Shown: one piece after another, positions 39,906 through 53,656 of the stretch
Numbering within the stretch: position 1 is the stretch's first letter
Layout of the letters: each line of letters starts with the position of its first letter
Assembly (NCBI RefSeq): GCF_018977255.1
Contig: NW_024704742.1
Location: forward strand, 1,552,001-1,616,000
DNA from: Callorhinchus milii
Taxonomy: Eukaryota
Direction: 5' to 3'
DNA: 64,000 bases
The notes under the pieces: generated by a model
Seen by the model: only the letters and a program-made list of their open reading frames with translations
The model's database searches: none
What the model was told of the DNA's origin: nothing
Position numbers and translations under genes: made by a program

Positions 39906-42340
39906 TTGAAAGCATTCATCAACAGAAATGANTTTTTTTAAGCAAAATGTTCAGCTTCGCTATGAGTACAAACACAACTTCACACTTCCATCAGAGACTT
40001 AAAATTACACTTCCCAATAATTATCATTACCCTCCCACACCCCCCCCCCCCACACCCCCACACACCCCCCACCATGTTAAGCTATTGTAAATGCAAATTC
40101 ATTGCATTTGCAGGTAATATCGTCTGTTGTTTTGGTAAGAAGATATGTTCAGTAATTGACCTCAGTTGTAGACAATTCTCTGAAGCATTACACTATTGTC
40201 GGAAGCGCTGATAGAAATAGGAAACATATTATGGAAATTTTAAGTAAGCAATGTGAGAAACAATCTGGTTAATTGTAGCCCTGAATAATAATGTTTCATA
40301 TGACTGCAATTGTTCTATAAAAATGTGAACATGTGATATGCATTTGTTTTCCTTGTGATGTATTAAGTGACACAGGGGTATACGATAAAATAATGAAGCA
40401 TTTCTGCAGCAGACAGGATGGGTCTAATTTGCGAGAGCTGCACACACTGAAATGGCACTTTGCCTCATTTTTATGCTGAGAACGGAAGTTATTGCAGTGG
40501 GAATCCTGGCGATGAGGGCAGCAGTCAAATGAAACGCGATTAATTTTCTTCAAGGAAACAAAGGACAATTGACGCCTATCTGGTGCAGCTCCTGTTCTAC
40601 CGACGTCTAACTGGAGCAGAGCAAGGGCTTGGTTTGAGGCAGCCCATCACTGTGTGACACAACACAGCACCACATACTGCTTACTCTGAGTTCAAAGCCA
40701 CGCGAACTGCAGCCTCAAAACTTTCAGAGACTCACTCTGGTTACTGTTTTCCTCTGAAATTGACTGAACTGACCATGTCGCAGCGCGGGATAACCTTTAC
40801 TATCTATTGGCCTGGTTGACCAAGCCCCCCTTAATGTTGAGTCTTCAAGTCGTGCCTTAAAAGCTATTTCTTCAATCATGTTTCGGTCACCTCTCTCTTC
40901 CCCTTCTCCCCCTTCTCAGCATCCATCCTCGCCACTGTAAAGCGCTTTGAAATGTTATTCTACACGAAGGGCACTGTATAATTGCAGGCTGTTGGTGGTG
41001 GTGTCATCATCTCAACTAAGTGGTGTGGTCCTGGAAATGCTATAGTGTACGATAGGAACATAATTAACTGGAACATTGTCCAGTCAAAACCTATCAATAG
41101 TTGTTGGACGAGTTTACATTTCTTGGTCTGTGCGTCGCTGTCATTGCGGGTATTACAAAAGTATAAATACATTATTTTTTACTGCAACTTAAATGTTAAG
41201 ACGCATTGTTAGGGTTTTGTAGGGAGGGAATGGCAAGTGGAAAGTATGACTGTGGATCTTAGCACTTAGTTGAGACTATAGATCCACACTGTTACAATCG
41301 AGATATGAATTTTGATCTGCTCGGTGACAAATAGTTACAGGGTTTTGGGCCTTAAGCTTGCCAATATTTTTCAAACTTCAACCCCCACTGAAGATATTCA
41401 AAATAGCCATCCGCCATCGACAGAGAGGTGTGAAAACAACCTCACACCCAAAGGGATGTATTGATACACTCATTTATGTGGTTCCACCGGTTACTGCGGA
41501 AAAAAAATTCAAACATAGACCCACATTTATTTTCATGTAATCTGTCAGTTAAACGGGATATTTGGGATCCAGCAATTACATATAATTAAATAAAATATGT
41601 GTGAGCTGTGAAGGGAGGGAGAGCTTAAACTGTTCACTTATATCTGTGAAATTCATTAGTTATTCACTCCCCAATCTGACATTGTGGGATGAGTAGTCAC
41701 TTACTGTTAACTATCACTCACATATACTTATTACAATCTTGTCGTTTCAGGATTATGATGGTTTATTTTCCTGAACCCAACTCTAATCGTCTGTATAAAT
41801 GCCTGAAATATACACAAATGCAAACGGAATTCACAGAAGATGTTTGCTACCACAATATAAAGGAGCCAATTTCAACTGAATGAATTCAAACCTCTAATAA
41901 TACCACCCATTGTGTTTTCAGAAAGGTGCTAACTTATGGCATTTGACAATTAATAGCGCAAAATCTCACTAATTTTTGCTGTGCATTTTCTCACCAAGTG
42001 AATCTGCACGACAAAACGGAGGGACCCGCCTGAAATCAAACCAGTAATGCGTATTTCTTCTAATTTATGTAAAACATTTTTTGCCCGTTAATCCAAGCAC
42101 TCCACAGTCAGAAATATTACATGGCAGAATACATATGTACAACAGCAACAGGAACATCCAAAGGAAGGTATCTCTGATATTGCAATGGTACCCCGGGATT
42201 GCCCTTCAGTGAGCCCATGCTAAGACTTTAGGATCATAGTCTAGACCAAACTATGCCCCACGGATTGGATCCAGCCCATGGGGCCACCAAAGAAGAGGCT
42301 AATCTAGTCCATGTTCGTCGGGTAATGTGTTTCGACGTTT

Positions 42341-42398
42341 TTCTTGATTGAATATTCCTTGATTTATGGCATTGAATAAAGAAATATTCAATCAAGAA
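42341..42398. repeat. Hairpin/palindrome with a perfect 16-bp stem
   Basis: ttcttgattgaatatt (42341-42356) and aatattcaatcaagaa (42383-42398); inner sequence extends the stem imperfectly. Confidence 0.85.
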
Positions 42399-44928
42399 CA
42401 TGTATGAACTGAAAAGATTGGCCATCACTGGTCGAGACTGACTTACCAATCAGATGCCGGGGGAGTCCTGCATTGTCAAACCCGCTGTCTGATGAACTTG
42501 AAACCATAGTCCCATCTGCTTATTCAGACGAACGTGACCACTACCTGAAAATAGAAGGGAGTTTCTGCCAGAATTCTGTCCAACAATCCCCCTGATAAAA
42601 TAAATCATTCACTTTATGGCTGTTTGTCAGATATTGCTGTGTGAAAATTGGGGGCTGCATTCAACAGACATACGCAATTACTGTACGGTAACTCCTGTGA
42701 AGCTCTTTGAGACGTGTCAACAAAATTAAAAGCTCTTTACCGCATGCAAAGATTATTGTTGTTTTAACAACAATTTGCACTTGTGTGCTTTGTTTTGTGT
42801 AAAACAGCATGCCCCAAATATTTGATAACGGCCATCCAAACCGAGAAGTAAGAGATTTAATGACAGCAATGTGGGTGCAAACCTGAACTGGCTACTTGTC
42901 TCCATTGAAGAATATCATTATCCATAAATTTCTGCCATAGTAATCGCTTTCTGTGAGAACGTGTGGGATCCCCAGATGCATTCTGTATACTAGCACTTGA
43001 CACATGGTATAGTGAAACAACGTGCTGAGTTCAGCAATTGTCAAAGGTAAGCCAGGTTTACATGACAGAGCTTAGAAACACAAAGTATATTGAATAATGG
43101 TCAGCTCATTCACATTGATTTACTTTGCTATTGAGCTTGTTTGCTTATGCACTGGGCGCATTACACCATGTTTCATATAGCATGCAGTAGAAATTTTCCA
43201 GCATGCGCAAGCATTTGTAATGCACGACTGCACATAGAAAGTTCAGGTGCGAACCTTTAGCATCTTATCGGTCTATCAAAGCTTTGAAACGTACTTACTG
43301 AGTACATTCTTTAACTGAATGAAGTAGCAATCCCGTTTTTTTTTAAACCAAAACAGCTGACAATATTTGCATTCAAACAAGACTCTTATCACTATTCGTT
43401 GCTCTAAGTGGTAAAATTTGCAGCGTTCATCAGTGCGTAAAAAAGAACGTGTGAAGGAACCCACTAATTTGTTCTTTAACTAATTAGTGCTGGTTTGCAA
43501 TCGACTGACTTAGCTCAGCATTGAGGGTGCTGTTCCTAGACGTTAATTCACGCTGCACCGGTTTCCTAGAATAGTTTGCGCGAATGCTTATCTAATTCCA
43601 TATAAGGAGTGCAAATACTTGGGAGAGAAATCCCAATGTTTACACTCCTTATCTCAAGTAAGACAGGCTATTGCCATGACCCACCACATGAAATCAGCTT
43701 TACAGGCACTTTCCCGTCTCTTTTTTTCAAAAAGGTGTCACCAGCTGATCTGTAGCTGCGCGCTGTGAGGCTCAGAGACTGGGATCGGTAAACTCATTAC
43801 TCAGGTTGTCACAAGCGGTTAATTCGCACAACTTGACGCCAACCCAAAACGACAGATCTGGGGCTTTAGCTTTAGTGTGTCCCGTGCCTTAATTTGTACG
43901 AGGAACCAATTAAGGGATACCACAAATTTTACTCTTATATTTTCTTGTGAGCAAACTTGCCCTTTTTTTTTGCTTTGGAGTGATGTGTTTCCTGTCCACT
44001 TGACATAAAGAAGAAGATGAGAAGATGAAGGGGCAACAGTCCAAACTGTTGATTGTTAATGGTACCTTTGGATTTAGTGGACACCAACGTTTGCCTGGAC
44101 ACTGTCGTGAAGCACTGTGCAGAGACGGGGTGGAGAAGGCTCTTTGGCCAAGTTCATCCTTCTTAAACAATATAGCAAGGTCCCAACACAAGTGATGTTT
44201 GCGGCATATAAGACATATGTACAAACAGAGGGTCTTCCTCCAACCCATTTGCAAAATCCAGGGTCGAGCAGTGAGGTGGATTTGTGACAACCGCAGGAAG
44301 CGGCTATATGGAAGGAGGGCTCTGGCCTATACTGACCTGTTGCTAAGTGCCCTGGAGGAGAAGGAGGCTTCACAGTGGGCATGTCTATTTGCCAAAGCCT
44401 CTCACATGAGGACCTGGATTAAGCAAGTGTGCTGAGTGAGTCTATTTGGAGCTCGGAGAAGGTCAAGGATGCTGGCCAGTTGGTTGCATTGCCGGAGACA
44501 TCCACCTTTGGATAAGCCGATTAATCAATAACCTGTGCCCCTGTTGGGATGGACGTTAAAGGTCCCATTGCACCACTTGAAAAGAGAAGGGAGTTTTTTC
44601 CCATTTCGAGATAAAATAGGTCATTCACTTCACGGCTATTGTGGGATGTTGCTTTGTGCAAATTGGCTGCTACGTTCACCCATAAATACACAAATGCTTC
44701 CTTTTACAGTTGATCATGTGAAGTGCTTTGAGACGCTTCAAAAACGTGAGAAGGCGCTATATAACAATGTACTTTTTTTTTAATTTGACCTGCGGGCAGT
44801 TCTTAAAACATTGTGAGTTTGGTGTGCGATGAAATCTTCCAAAGGCAGCATTTTCTTTAAACAGCAATTTTATTTCTTGAATTGCCACTTCCCCACCCCC
44901 CCCATCTCTCCCCTTCACTTCATCTCGT

Positions 44929-45256
44929 GGAGTCCTGTAGCTCAGTGGTTAGAGCACTCGCTTTGCAAGCAGGAGACCCGAGTTCAATTCCAGGCAGAGG
45001 GCGAAACCTTGGGCAAGTTTCCTTACTCCACACAGAGCCTAATAATAATCCCTCCAAAACCAAAAACAATAATAAATTGGTCATTTTCAATCTACAACTG
45101 TTTGTGGGACATTGCTGTGCGCAATTGGCTGCCGCGTTCGCCCACAAATATACAGTCAATTCACTTTACAGTGTGTTCTGTGAAGCGCTTTGGGACGTCC
45201 TCCCGATGTGAAAAGCGCTATATCAAATGCAAGGATTATTATTATTATTATTATTA
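44929..45256 (+). mobile_element. tRNA-Ala SINE, short (young) subfamily, full length
   Basis: About 96% identical by eye to 33312-33640; A box TAGCTCAGTGG, B box GAGTTCAATTCC, (att)n tail. Confidence 0.95.
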
Positions 45257-46916
45257 TCTCTCCCCTTCTTCTGTAAAATTAGTTCCATGGCACAGATTGC
45301 TAAGCGGACATGATGCACAATTGAATCTTGACAGTCAATGTTGGCGGGCTATTCGACTGTGGATGGGGGAAAGGGGTTGTTGGGGGAGGGGGGGAAGTCG
45401 CATTTGAACTAAACACATCCAAACCATCCTCCTAGCAGGGGTCTCCAACAAGCAGTCAGGAACAGGAGCTCTTATTGATATTTCCTCTCCATAATGCAGA
45501 CCACTTGGGGCAAACGTCACACTCCAATCTCTGTCGGTGGTAAAATTAGGTCAGTCAGGTAAAGGTCTGGATTTGTACCTGCAAACCCATTGATACGGAA
45601 GTAGGAAACAATGTGTGGTGTTACTAATACAGGTCTAAGAGATATGTTACATTGCAGTTTCTCCATTTTACTTCCCTACTGCAAACAAGCAGCCTTTGTT
45701 TTTTGTGAGTGTATGTTATCGATACCTATTTTGGTGAAACAAAAGGAACAGTCCTTTGTTGGCATGATGTCCTGTTTTCATGAAAATAAAGCAGTTGAGG
45801 CCACTGCCAGGAGAAAATGAATCATGTTTTGCAGCTGCTGGTTGAACAAAAATTCTGTTCTCAGGAGGAATATTGATCGATATCATCAAGGAAACAGGCG
45901 ACAGCAAAGGGAAGGGCAACAGTGACAGAAAATGTCATTGCTTTCTTTGCGCTCAAACATATAGTGCATCTTGGCTGCCATAAGTGACCTACAGCAGTTT
46001 CGTAAGTATGACTAATGCTATGTTGCAAACCATTCATGCACATGCTTGTATCCTTCCTACATCATCATTTTAGCCAACAGCTATTTACTGAACGTACAGG
46101 ATTTCAAATCTAACCTGTTTAAGAAAAGGTTTAGAGTTATACTCTAACAATTGCCCCCAAAAATACAATATATTGTTTTTTGGATACCATTTAGAATAAA
46201 AAATAGAAAGGTTTACATTTAATGTCGCTGGATCTGAGGTGAAGTGGTTGGTGGGGGAGGGGGGGGTGGAGCATGCAACATCTATTGTAAAGTGAACATA
46301 AACTCCTTGCCCACTGTAATACAGCTGGTTCAATTGCCAGAGGTGATTAGCTGTCACTCAGATTGTAAACTGAATCTAATTTGGGATGACCTGAGTGCAT
46401 TGGGAGATGGAGCCCGACAGATTTGACTCGTCATTGTCTGAGGAAGGGCCCACTGCATCAGCATGCTTTCTATGAAGATAAAGTACAGAGATTATTTGAA
46501 GCCGGTCAGTGAAATAATGCGGTGGTTAAGATATACTTCTGATCGACTCACTCAATAACACAACGGTGATCTTGTGTGAGTGAAAGGCTACTGCTGAAGG
46601 CGTTGGTTTTCTATTGTGCAATAGATGGTTCTAATCCAATACGATCCATTACATCTGGAACGCCTTGAAGAAGCTATTTCCACGGTTGGCAATGTTGCAC
46701 ATCTGGGTGAACCGAAAAGCACAACATATCTCTCTTAGGCAAAGAACCTATGCTCAACTTTTATTTCATCATATCGGGAATGGCGTTATTCTATGAGCTC
46801 AAATTAAATGAAGGCCAGGCTGCATTCATTCACTTCTTCGATTAGAGTTACTTAACTTAAAGATTTATGGTTGAATACGTTCAGGAACTATTTGGGGAAC
46901 CGGATGAAAATACGTT

Positions 46917-47320
46917 TCAGCCTGGCTCAGTTGGTAGCGCTCTCATCTCTGAGTCAGAAAGTTGTTAGTTTCAGCCCCACATCAGGACTTGCAACTCCTA
47001 TAGTCCAGGTTTGCACCCCGATACAGTGATGGGAGTGTGGTTCATTGTCAGACATGCTGTCCTACGGATGAGCCATTAAACAGAGGTCCTATCTGTCTGT
47101 TCAAGTGGACTTTGAAGATCCCATGGCGTTATTCAAAAAGAGAAGGGAATTTCTCCGGATGTCCTGCTCGCAAATCCCCCAAAATAAAATTGGTCATTCA
47201 ATTCATGGCTATTTGTGAAACATTGCTGTGTGCAAATTGGCCACGTTTTTCCACAAAACATGCAGTCACTGCACTTTACAGTATATCCTGACCTGAAAAA
47301 CAAATTGTAAGGATTATTAT
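46917..47320 (+). mobile_element. Deu-like SINE, near full length
   Basis: cagcctggctcagttggtagcgctctcatctctgagtcaga head, Deu-like core, shared 3' body. Confidence 0.8.
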
Positions 47321-48685
47321 ATTGAAATAATTATTGAAGATTTTTTTGTTACCAAACAGCTGGACACTTGCTGGAAGGGGAGGTGGACGACGGGAGTGCA
47401 GTGAGCAGCCTCGGGTATCAAAAACCACGGCACAGATCACACAGTTTTCAATCGGTAGCTGAATTTTAAATGAACCCGTGTCAAATAACTTGAGAACTGC
47501 CAAGTTCTGTCATATCAACTCCTTTATCCATCTGCAAAGCCAGATAGAATCAATAATCATGGACGTATCTTTCTACCATTTTTTTCCAACCGGATCGTGT
47601 CCTTTCTCTGACTGCATCCTTGCCTTTATCTTCCCTGCATCAGCCACCCTCAAAGTTGCATCCCATTGCCAGCTCTCTTGAGTGAAACCTTATTGATTGA
47701 TGCTATTGACCGAAAAAAACACTGGCAGCTGCTTTGTTAGTCGTGCCCTGGATGTTGTCAGTGCCTCATCTTTTAACTCAGTCTATTCCTGCCTGTTAGC
47801 TGTCCAGGTGGTTCTCTAATTCCATAGCCAACTGCGTGTTGGCAATTTTTCAAATTCTCTCCAAGACAGACGGCAATTTTCATCCACACATAATAACGCG
47901 ACTCAAGTTTAAGCATCTGGCAATCCACATCTGGAGTGTAGCATATTGAATCATGCCATTTGCCGCCGCAAGTCATTTCTTGAAATGGGGTCAGTGATAT
48001 GCGTACACGTTCCAGTTATAGTTGATTTTTTTCCCCCCCAGACAACTGCAGTTGTCCCCAAAGGTTGTCAACCATCACCTCTGGGCTTCACTGACAAACA
48101 AGGTCATTTTATTTGCAGGATAACTGGACGAAGCATTATCTGGAAACAAAGTGAAGTTTTCATCTTATCTGTTTGCTTTACACATGTTTACCAATAATTG
48201 GAAGACCTGGGAGTGGAAGGTTATCGTACAAAAATACCATCATTTGTTTTTAAGAAAATGTATGACTGGTAAACATCCCAAAGGAGGAGAATTTCTCGTG
48301 TGAGTGATAGTAGAGTTACCGATCATTGGTGGCACTGACTGTCCTTGTATTCTTCTGAAGCACTGACATTCAAATACTGATTTTTATATATTCATATATC
48401 TTCCTATACTTGCCCCCTCCACTGGGCTAACTCAGGCTTGCTGTGTGTCCCTGCCATTTCTGTGTCGTCAATGATAGCCCAGCCTTCGGATTCAACACTC
48501 TAACCCTCTGGAATTCCTTCCCTCTGTGCCTCTCTCGTGCTCCCTCTCTCTCTATCTTTACGTCTGCCTTAAAAACTACCTCTTCAACTTTGTCTGTGGT
48601 ACCCCTCCCCTGAAGGAAATAGAGACAATATGGTTTAATGTGTGGTATTCCTTAACGGGATTCCTCTCAAAGTGATTATATACGT

Positions 48686-49033
48686 GGAGTCCTGTCAGGT
48701 ATTGGTTTGAGCACTCGCCCCGCAAGCAAGAGGACCCGGCTTCAATTCCCAGGCAGGGCGAAATGTTGGGTAAGTTTCCTTATTCCACACGCCACTGTTT
48801 ACCCAGCAGTAAGTAGGAACTCAGATCGCTTTTCTGGATGGTAATAATCCCTCAAAAAAGATGTGGTCACTCAGTCCACAACTATTTGTGGGGACGCTGC
48901 TGTGCGCAATTGGCTGCCGCGTTTCACTCACAAAATAAACAGTCAATTCACTTTACAGTATATTCTCTGAAGCGATTTGAGACGTCTCGAAGACGTGATA
49001 AGACACGATATCAAATGCGAGGATTGTTTATTA
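48686..49033 (+). mobile_element. tRNA-Ala SINE, long subfamily
   Basis: ggagtcctgtc head, ctgtttacccagcagtaagtagg segment, shared 3' body. Confidence 0.88.
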
Positions 49034-50744
49034 GTATAAGGAACCTGAGTTGGGAAATGGAATGGACATTCTCTCTGGTAACTGGAGGCACATCACAGGA
49101 GCTTTTTAGAAAGGAAATGACGTTAAGAAATACTTAGCCAAGTCCCCATTATATCTTAGCATCGATGGATCTTTTTTGTGAATGCTTTTCTCAGTCCTAA
49201 CAGGTATGTATGTAACTCTCTGGGATAGATTTCAGAATTATTACGCTGTCTTAAGATATGTTTAGATCGAAAGGAAACAACACTTGCACATGGAGTTAAA
49301 GATTTCGCATTTCAATCTGAAATACTGTATATCAGCTTTGTGAAAGTATTATGTGATTTCAACTACGCAGCATGTGGCAGTCTTACTACTATTTACAAAG
49401 ACGCAATTTATGATGTGTGCAACCTAATTGCACATCGTAATTTATTTCAACACGTGCCTTACAATGCGTCTAACTCATCTTAGAGGTGAACACTTAGTTA
49501 CATTTGTGGTTGGTAAAAATTCACAATTATTGTGACTGCGCCAGTAATAATCTCTCAACGAAAATTTCAAATATAAATATAGATTGCACATAATGTGCAT
49601 ATAAATTTACAGTAAAAAAACATACAATCAGAAGAGCATCTTTCTGTCCCACCGTGGTTGTCAATTCAACGTGAAGAGTCTGAAGCAGACTGCAGCTGTG
49701 CTCTGCTGCCTATAGGGAGCCCTGGCATTGCTTTCCACGAGTGAACTCAATGGGCTTTGTGGCTTTTTATTATTCCCTAAATTCTTATTATCTTATATAA
49801 AGTACCTGCTTTGAATTCAAGATTTGAGGGCTGTTACTTTGCTTCTGGCAAAACGATCCATCCCTCTGACCAGATGCGGGTTGCCTGTGCCGGTGCCAAT
49901 GGTGTCCTACGCAATTTCCATTAACATGATTTTATGGTCACAATTGATTTCGCGGTAGCAATTAAGGGAAAGAAACATCAGGTGACAATAAATTGGTTTA
50001 CATAAACCGGAAAAAAAGCCACTCCAGGGTCTAAGGGATCTTCTGCACTTCACAATAAAGTTGAAACCGAGTTCAACAGGGAATGTCTTTTTTTTAGAAC
50101 GTGTACCTTGATCAAACGGCCGAGCATATACTGTAGGGCGGGTTGGGAGCGGTGGCCGATTGTTGAAAATGTTGAGAGAGAGTTGCCTATCGTACATGGA
50201 TCATATTGCGTTGACATACATTGTTTGGAGACTTTTTTTTGGCTTTATGGCAAGGTGCACGGCAGTGCAGAAAATAACGTAACGTTTTCCCCACCCCTTT
50301 TCCTTCCTCTGTTCGGTGTCACTCGCCAGGGCCAAAGCCAAATTCATGGCTTCACAGTGTGGAGAGAAAAAATCATGAACGCATGCCTCAATACAGTGTT
50401 CAACGTCACAACACACTGCACCACGCCATTGTGTTACCTGACTGATGCTTAAGTAATGAATCAGATTTTCCATTTAATGTCTGAGTTGGGTGGTGCTATG
50501 GTGTCACTTCTCTGGAATGTGATAACTGATAACTGGCTGTCGTGAGGCTATAAATCACGCCTGTGTGCAGGTAAATTATATTGCCACCATTTGTACCACT
50601 GAGTGGATCACATTCCACGTGCGATTCAGCCAGTTTCACCGCAATCTCAAGCGAGCTTGGAGCAAAGTATTCCGAATTTATTTTTTTAAGCACCTACACA
50701 AATACATAAAAAGGGTGCACAGTCACAAATCATATCATTTTCAC

Positions 50745-51085
50745 ACTCCAGGTCAGGGCTGGAGTTGTGCCACATTGTCGGAGGTGCCATCCTTCTGATA
50801 AGACATTAAACTGAGGGGCCTCCTGTCTGTTCAAGGTGGACGCTAAAGATCCCATGGCACTTTTTGAAAGGATAAGGGAATTTCTCCTGTTGTCCTGGCC
50901 AACCACCCCCCCAAATATAATCGGTCACTTGCTTCATGGCTGTTTGTGGGTCGTTGCTGTCTGCCAATTGCCTGCTACGTTCAGCCCAAAAACACATCGT
51001 CATTTAACTATCCTGTGAAGCACTTTGGGATGTGTCCTCCTGACAGGAAAGGTGCTATACCAAATCTAAGCGTTATTATTATTGT
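50745..51085 (+). mobile_element. Deu-like SINE lacking most of its head (further partial copies at ~2920-3110, 14155-14295, 16885-17085, 42545-42760, 44520-44770)
   Basis: gtcggaggtgccatcc...aaagatcccatggcac...gtcctggccaac core plus 3' tail. Confidence 0.78.
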
Positions 51086-51234
51086 TACACTATTACTAAC
51101 TCTACTATATATAAATGCCCTCATAGATGTGATGATGTGTCACGAGTTGAAATTCACGAGGATGAAGCAAAGAAAAAATCCGCATGCCAAAGAGTTCTTT
51201 AAGTTATTTCCCTTTTGCGCCAAACCATTGGAGT

Positions 51235-52387
51235 CCTTGAGAGATGTTCCTCTTGAGAGGTTGGCCTGAAAGTAAAAAAAGCGGGAATGAGTGGAGGTGT
51301 ATTACAATGGATACGCAATTGGTGGACCGGAAGAACCCAGAGGGTGGTGGTACAGGGAATGTCATAAGACTGGGAAAATGTTACCAGCGGAGTTCCACAA
51401 GAGTCTGTTTTGGGACCTCTTTTGCTTAATATTTTTGTAAATGATCTGGAACTAGGAGTCGCAAACTAAGTTAGCAGATGACGGCAAGCTAATGAAGGTG
51501 GTGGTTTGCAAAGCTGAACAAGATAGGTTACAGGAGGATTTGAATATACTTGGGACTTGGGCAGATCGGTGGCAGATGAAATTCAATGTGGAGAAATGTA
51601 AAGTACTTCACATGGGGACAAAAAATCCTGGAAGTGACTATAATTTGAACGGAAGGAAAATAATATGTACGGAAAATGAAAAGGACGTGGTGGGTCCTGA
51701 TTGACAATAAATTGAAGCTCTCCCAACAATGCTCTGGGGCAGTGAGTGAAGCAAACCAGATGTTGGGATGTATCAAAAGATCAATAGGAAGTCGAAATAG
51801 TGGGGTAATCCTGCCACTGGATAAATCACCGGTGAGACCATACGTAGATACTGTGTATAGTTCTGGTCGCGGCAGTACGAAAAGGATATGGGAGAAATCG
51901 AGAAGGTACAGAGGAGGGCAACCAAAATGATTGAGGGAATGGAAGGACTGGACTATGAGGAGCGACTCAGTAAATCGGGTACGTTCACACTGGCAAAGAG
52001 ACGATTGAGAGGCGACACGATCGCTGTCTTTAAGATTCTAAAGGGGCAAAACATTATAGATCATGACAGGCTGGTTCAACTTGTCCAGAATTGTAGAACC
52101 AGAGGCCACGGCTTGCGACTGGAAGAGGGAGATATTCAGAATGAACCTATGCAAACACTATTTCAGTGAGTGAATAGTAAACCTGTGGAACAGGCTCCCC
52201 AGGGAAACGGTTGAAGTAGGTTGAAATGTTGATTCTTCTGAAAACAGATCAGATCATTTTCTTTTAGGAAATCACATTGTGGGATATAGTACATAGGTAG
52301 TTTGGGACATGTGTGCAGGCGCCCGCCAGAAAGGTGGAAGATGAACTAGATGGATCTTGGTCTTTCATCGTCCAGCATTTCTTATGT
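51235..52387 (+). mobile_element. 5'-truncated, degenerate CR1-clade LINE (reverse transcriptase region to 3' end)
   Basis: Frameshifted RT motifs [81 protein letters not shown]; ends ...tttcttatgt. Confidence 0.93.
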
Positions 52388-53064
52388 GGAACACTGCATT
52401 TTTGTCAGAGAATTCCCCCCCTTTTATAAATATAATATTGTTATATTACAGCTCAGGTCTGAAATGCTGTACACTGTCCAGCACCTTGGGACATCCTCCT
52501 GACATGCAAGGCTCTATACAAATGTAATCTTGTTGTTGTTAATTGTGGCATTGGGAGAAATGTCCACATCGTATGTGGCAAGTGTGCCTCTCTTGTGCGT
52601 TTACGAGGAAGTTAGACGTACACATAATGGAGAAGGGAATAACAACAACATCAAATTACATGTATTTAGCGCCTTTCACGTCAGAAGAAAGTCCCAAGGA
52701 AGGAATAGAAAGATATGGGAGAGGAGAGTAAGAAGTGCAACAACAACAACAAAATTACATTTGTATAGCGCCTTTCACGTCGGGAGGACGTCCCAAGGTG
52801 GGTGGAGACTCGGGTGGAATATGACCAAAGGTGCGGAGTAGTGGGCTGTATGACCTGTGTACGTGCCTTACAGTCTATGTAAATCCTTGTAAACCTATGT
52901 ATCGTAGGCACCATCTTTGGAATGGTGCATAAAGAAAGCATGTACCTGAATTCTGTGGGTTAACTGTAAACTGAAATATTTGCATTCAGATCTGTTGAAT
53001 GCCTGAAAAGGGTCTGACAGGAACATTAGAAGCTTTAAAGGCTGTTCAGTGAATCGTATTCTTT

Positions 53065-53656
53065 CAAAAATAAATCATTTCCATAATGCTTCAAAATGTG
53101 TCTTTGGATCAGTTGGAGTCAAACTAAAGCCGTCGGACAGCTTCACTAGAAAATACTGAATTGATGTGAGTTGAAAAGAGTTGTGCCGTTTCTTGTATTG
53201 ATGTGACATAAAAAGCACTTTGCATAAACACAAGCAATGTGCTATAACTGCTGCATCTGATTCTCTGAGTCTGAAGATATTTGACATTTCCAGTTAAACA
53301 AACTCCTTTGAGGGGGGGAAAAAAAAATTAAAATTCTGCGCACATTTATACCTCTCTAATCAAAAGGTGGACAGCTCCATCACAAAATAGTGCTGTATCA
53401 ACACAACTGTTTACAGAGGGGGAAAAAAAACATACATAGTGAGTGGTCATTCGCCAATAAAAGGTGATGTTTGCGATCAGACCAAATGCTGATCTGAGTG
53501 AATTGCTTTTTGCGTCACTTAAAAAATACAAGAAACAGTACTCTTTTCAACTCGCGTGAATTCAGTATCTTTTATTGATGCTGTCCATTGGCTTTAGTCT
53601 AACTCCAACCGATCCAAAGATGCACTTTGAAGCATTATGGAAATGATTTGTTTTTG
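53065..53656. mobile_element. MITE-like foldback element with ~150-bp imperfect terminal inverted repeats
   Basis: 53065-53217 is the imperfect reverse complement of 53504-53656; non-coding ~285-bp spacer. Confidence 0.7.

Noticed and set aside
27245..39932. Single N bases at 27245 and 39932
   Set aside because: Assembly ambiguities next to homopolymer runs, not biology
44929..45003. tRNA-Ala-like cloverleaf (also at 33312, 33660-33731 minus, 58740-58812 minus, 13299)
   Set aside because: Each runs straight into the same SINE body and tail and has no Pol III terminator; these are SINE heads, not tRNA genes
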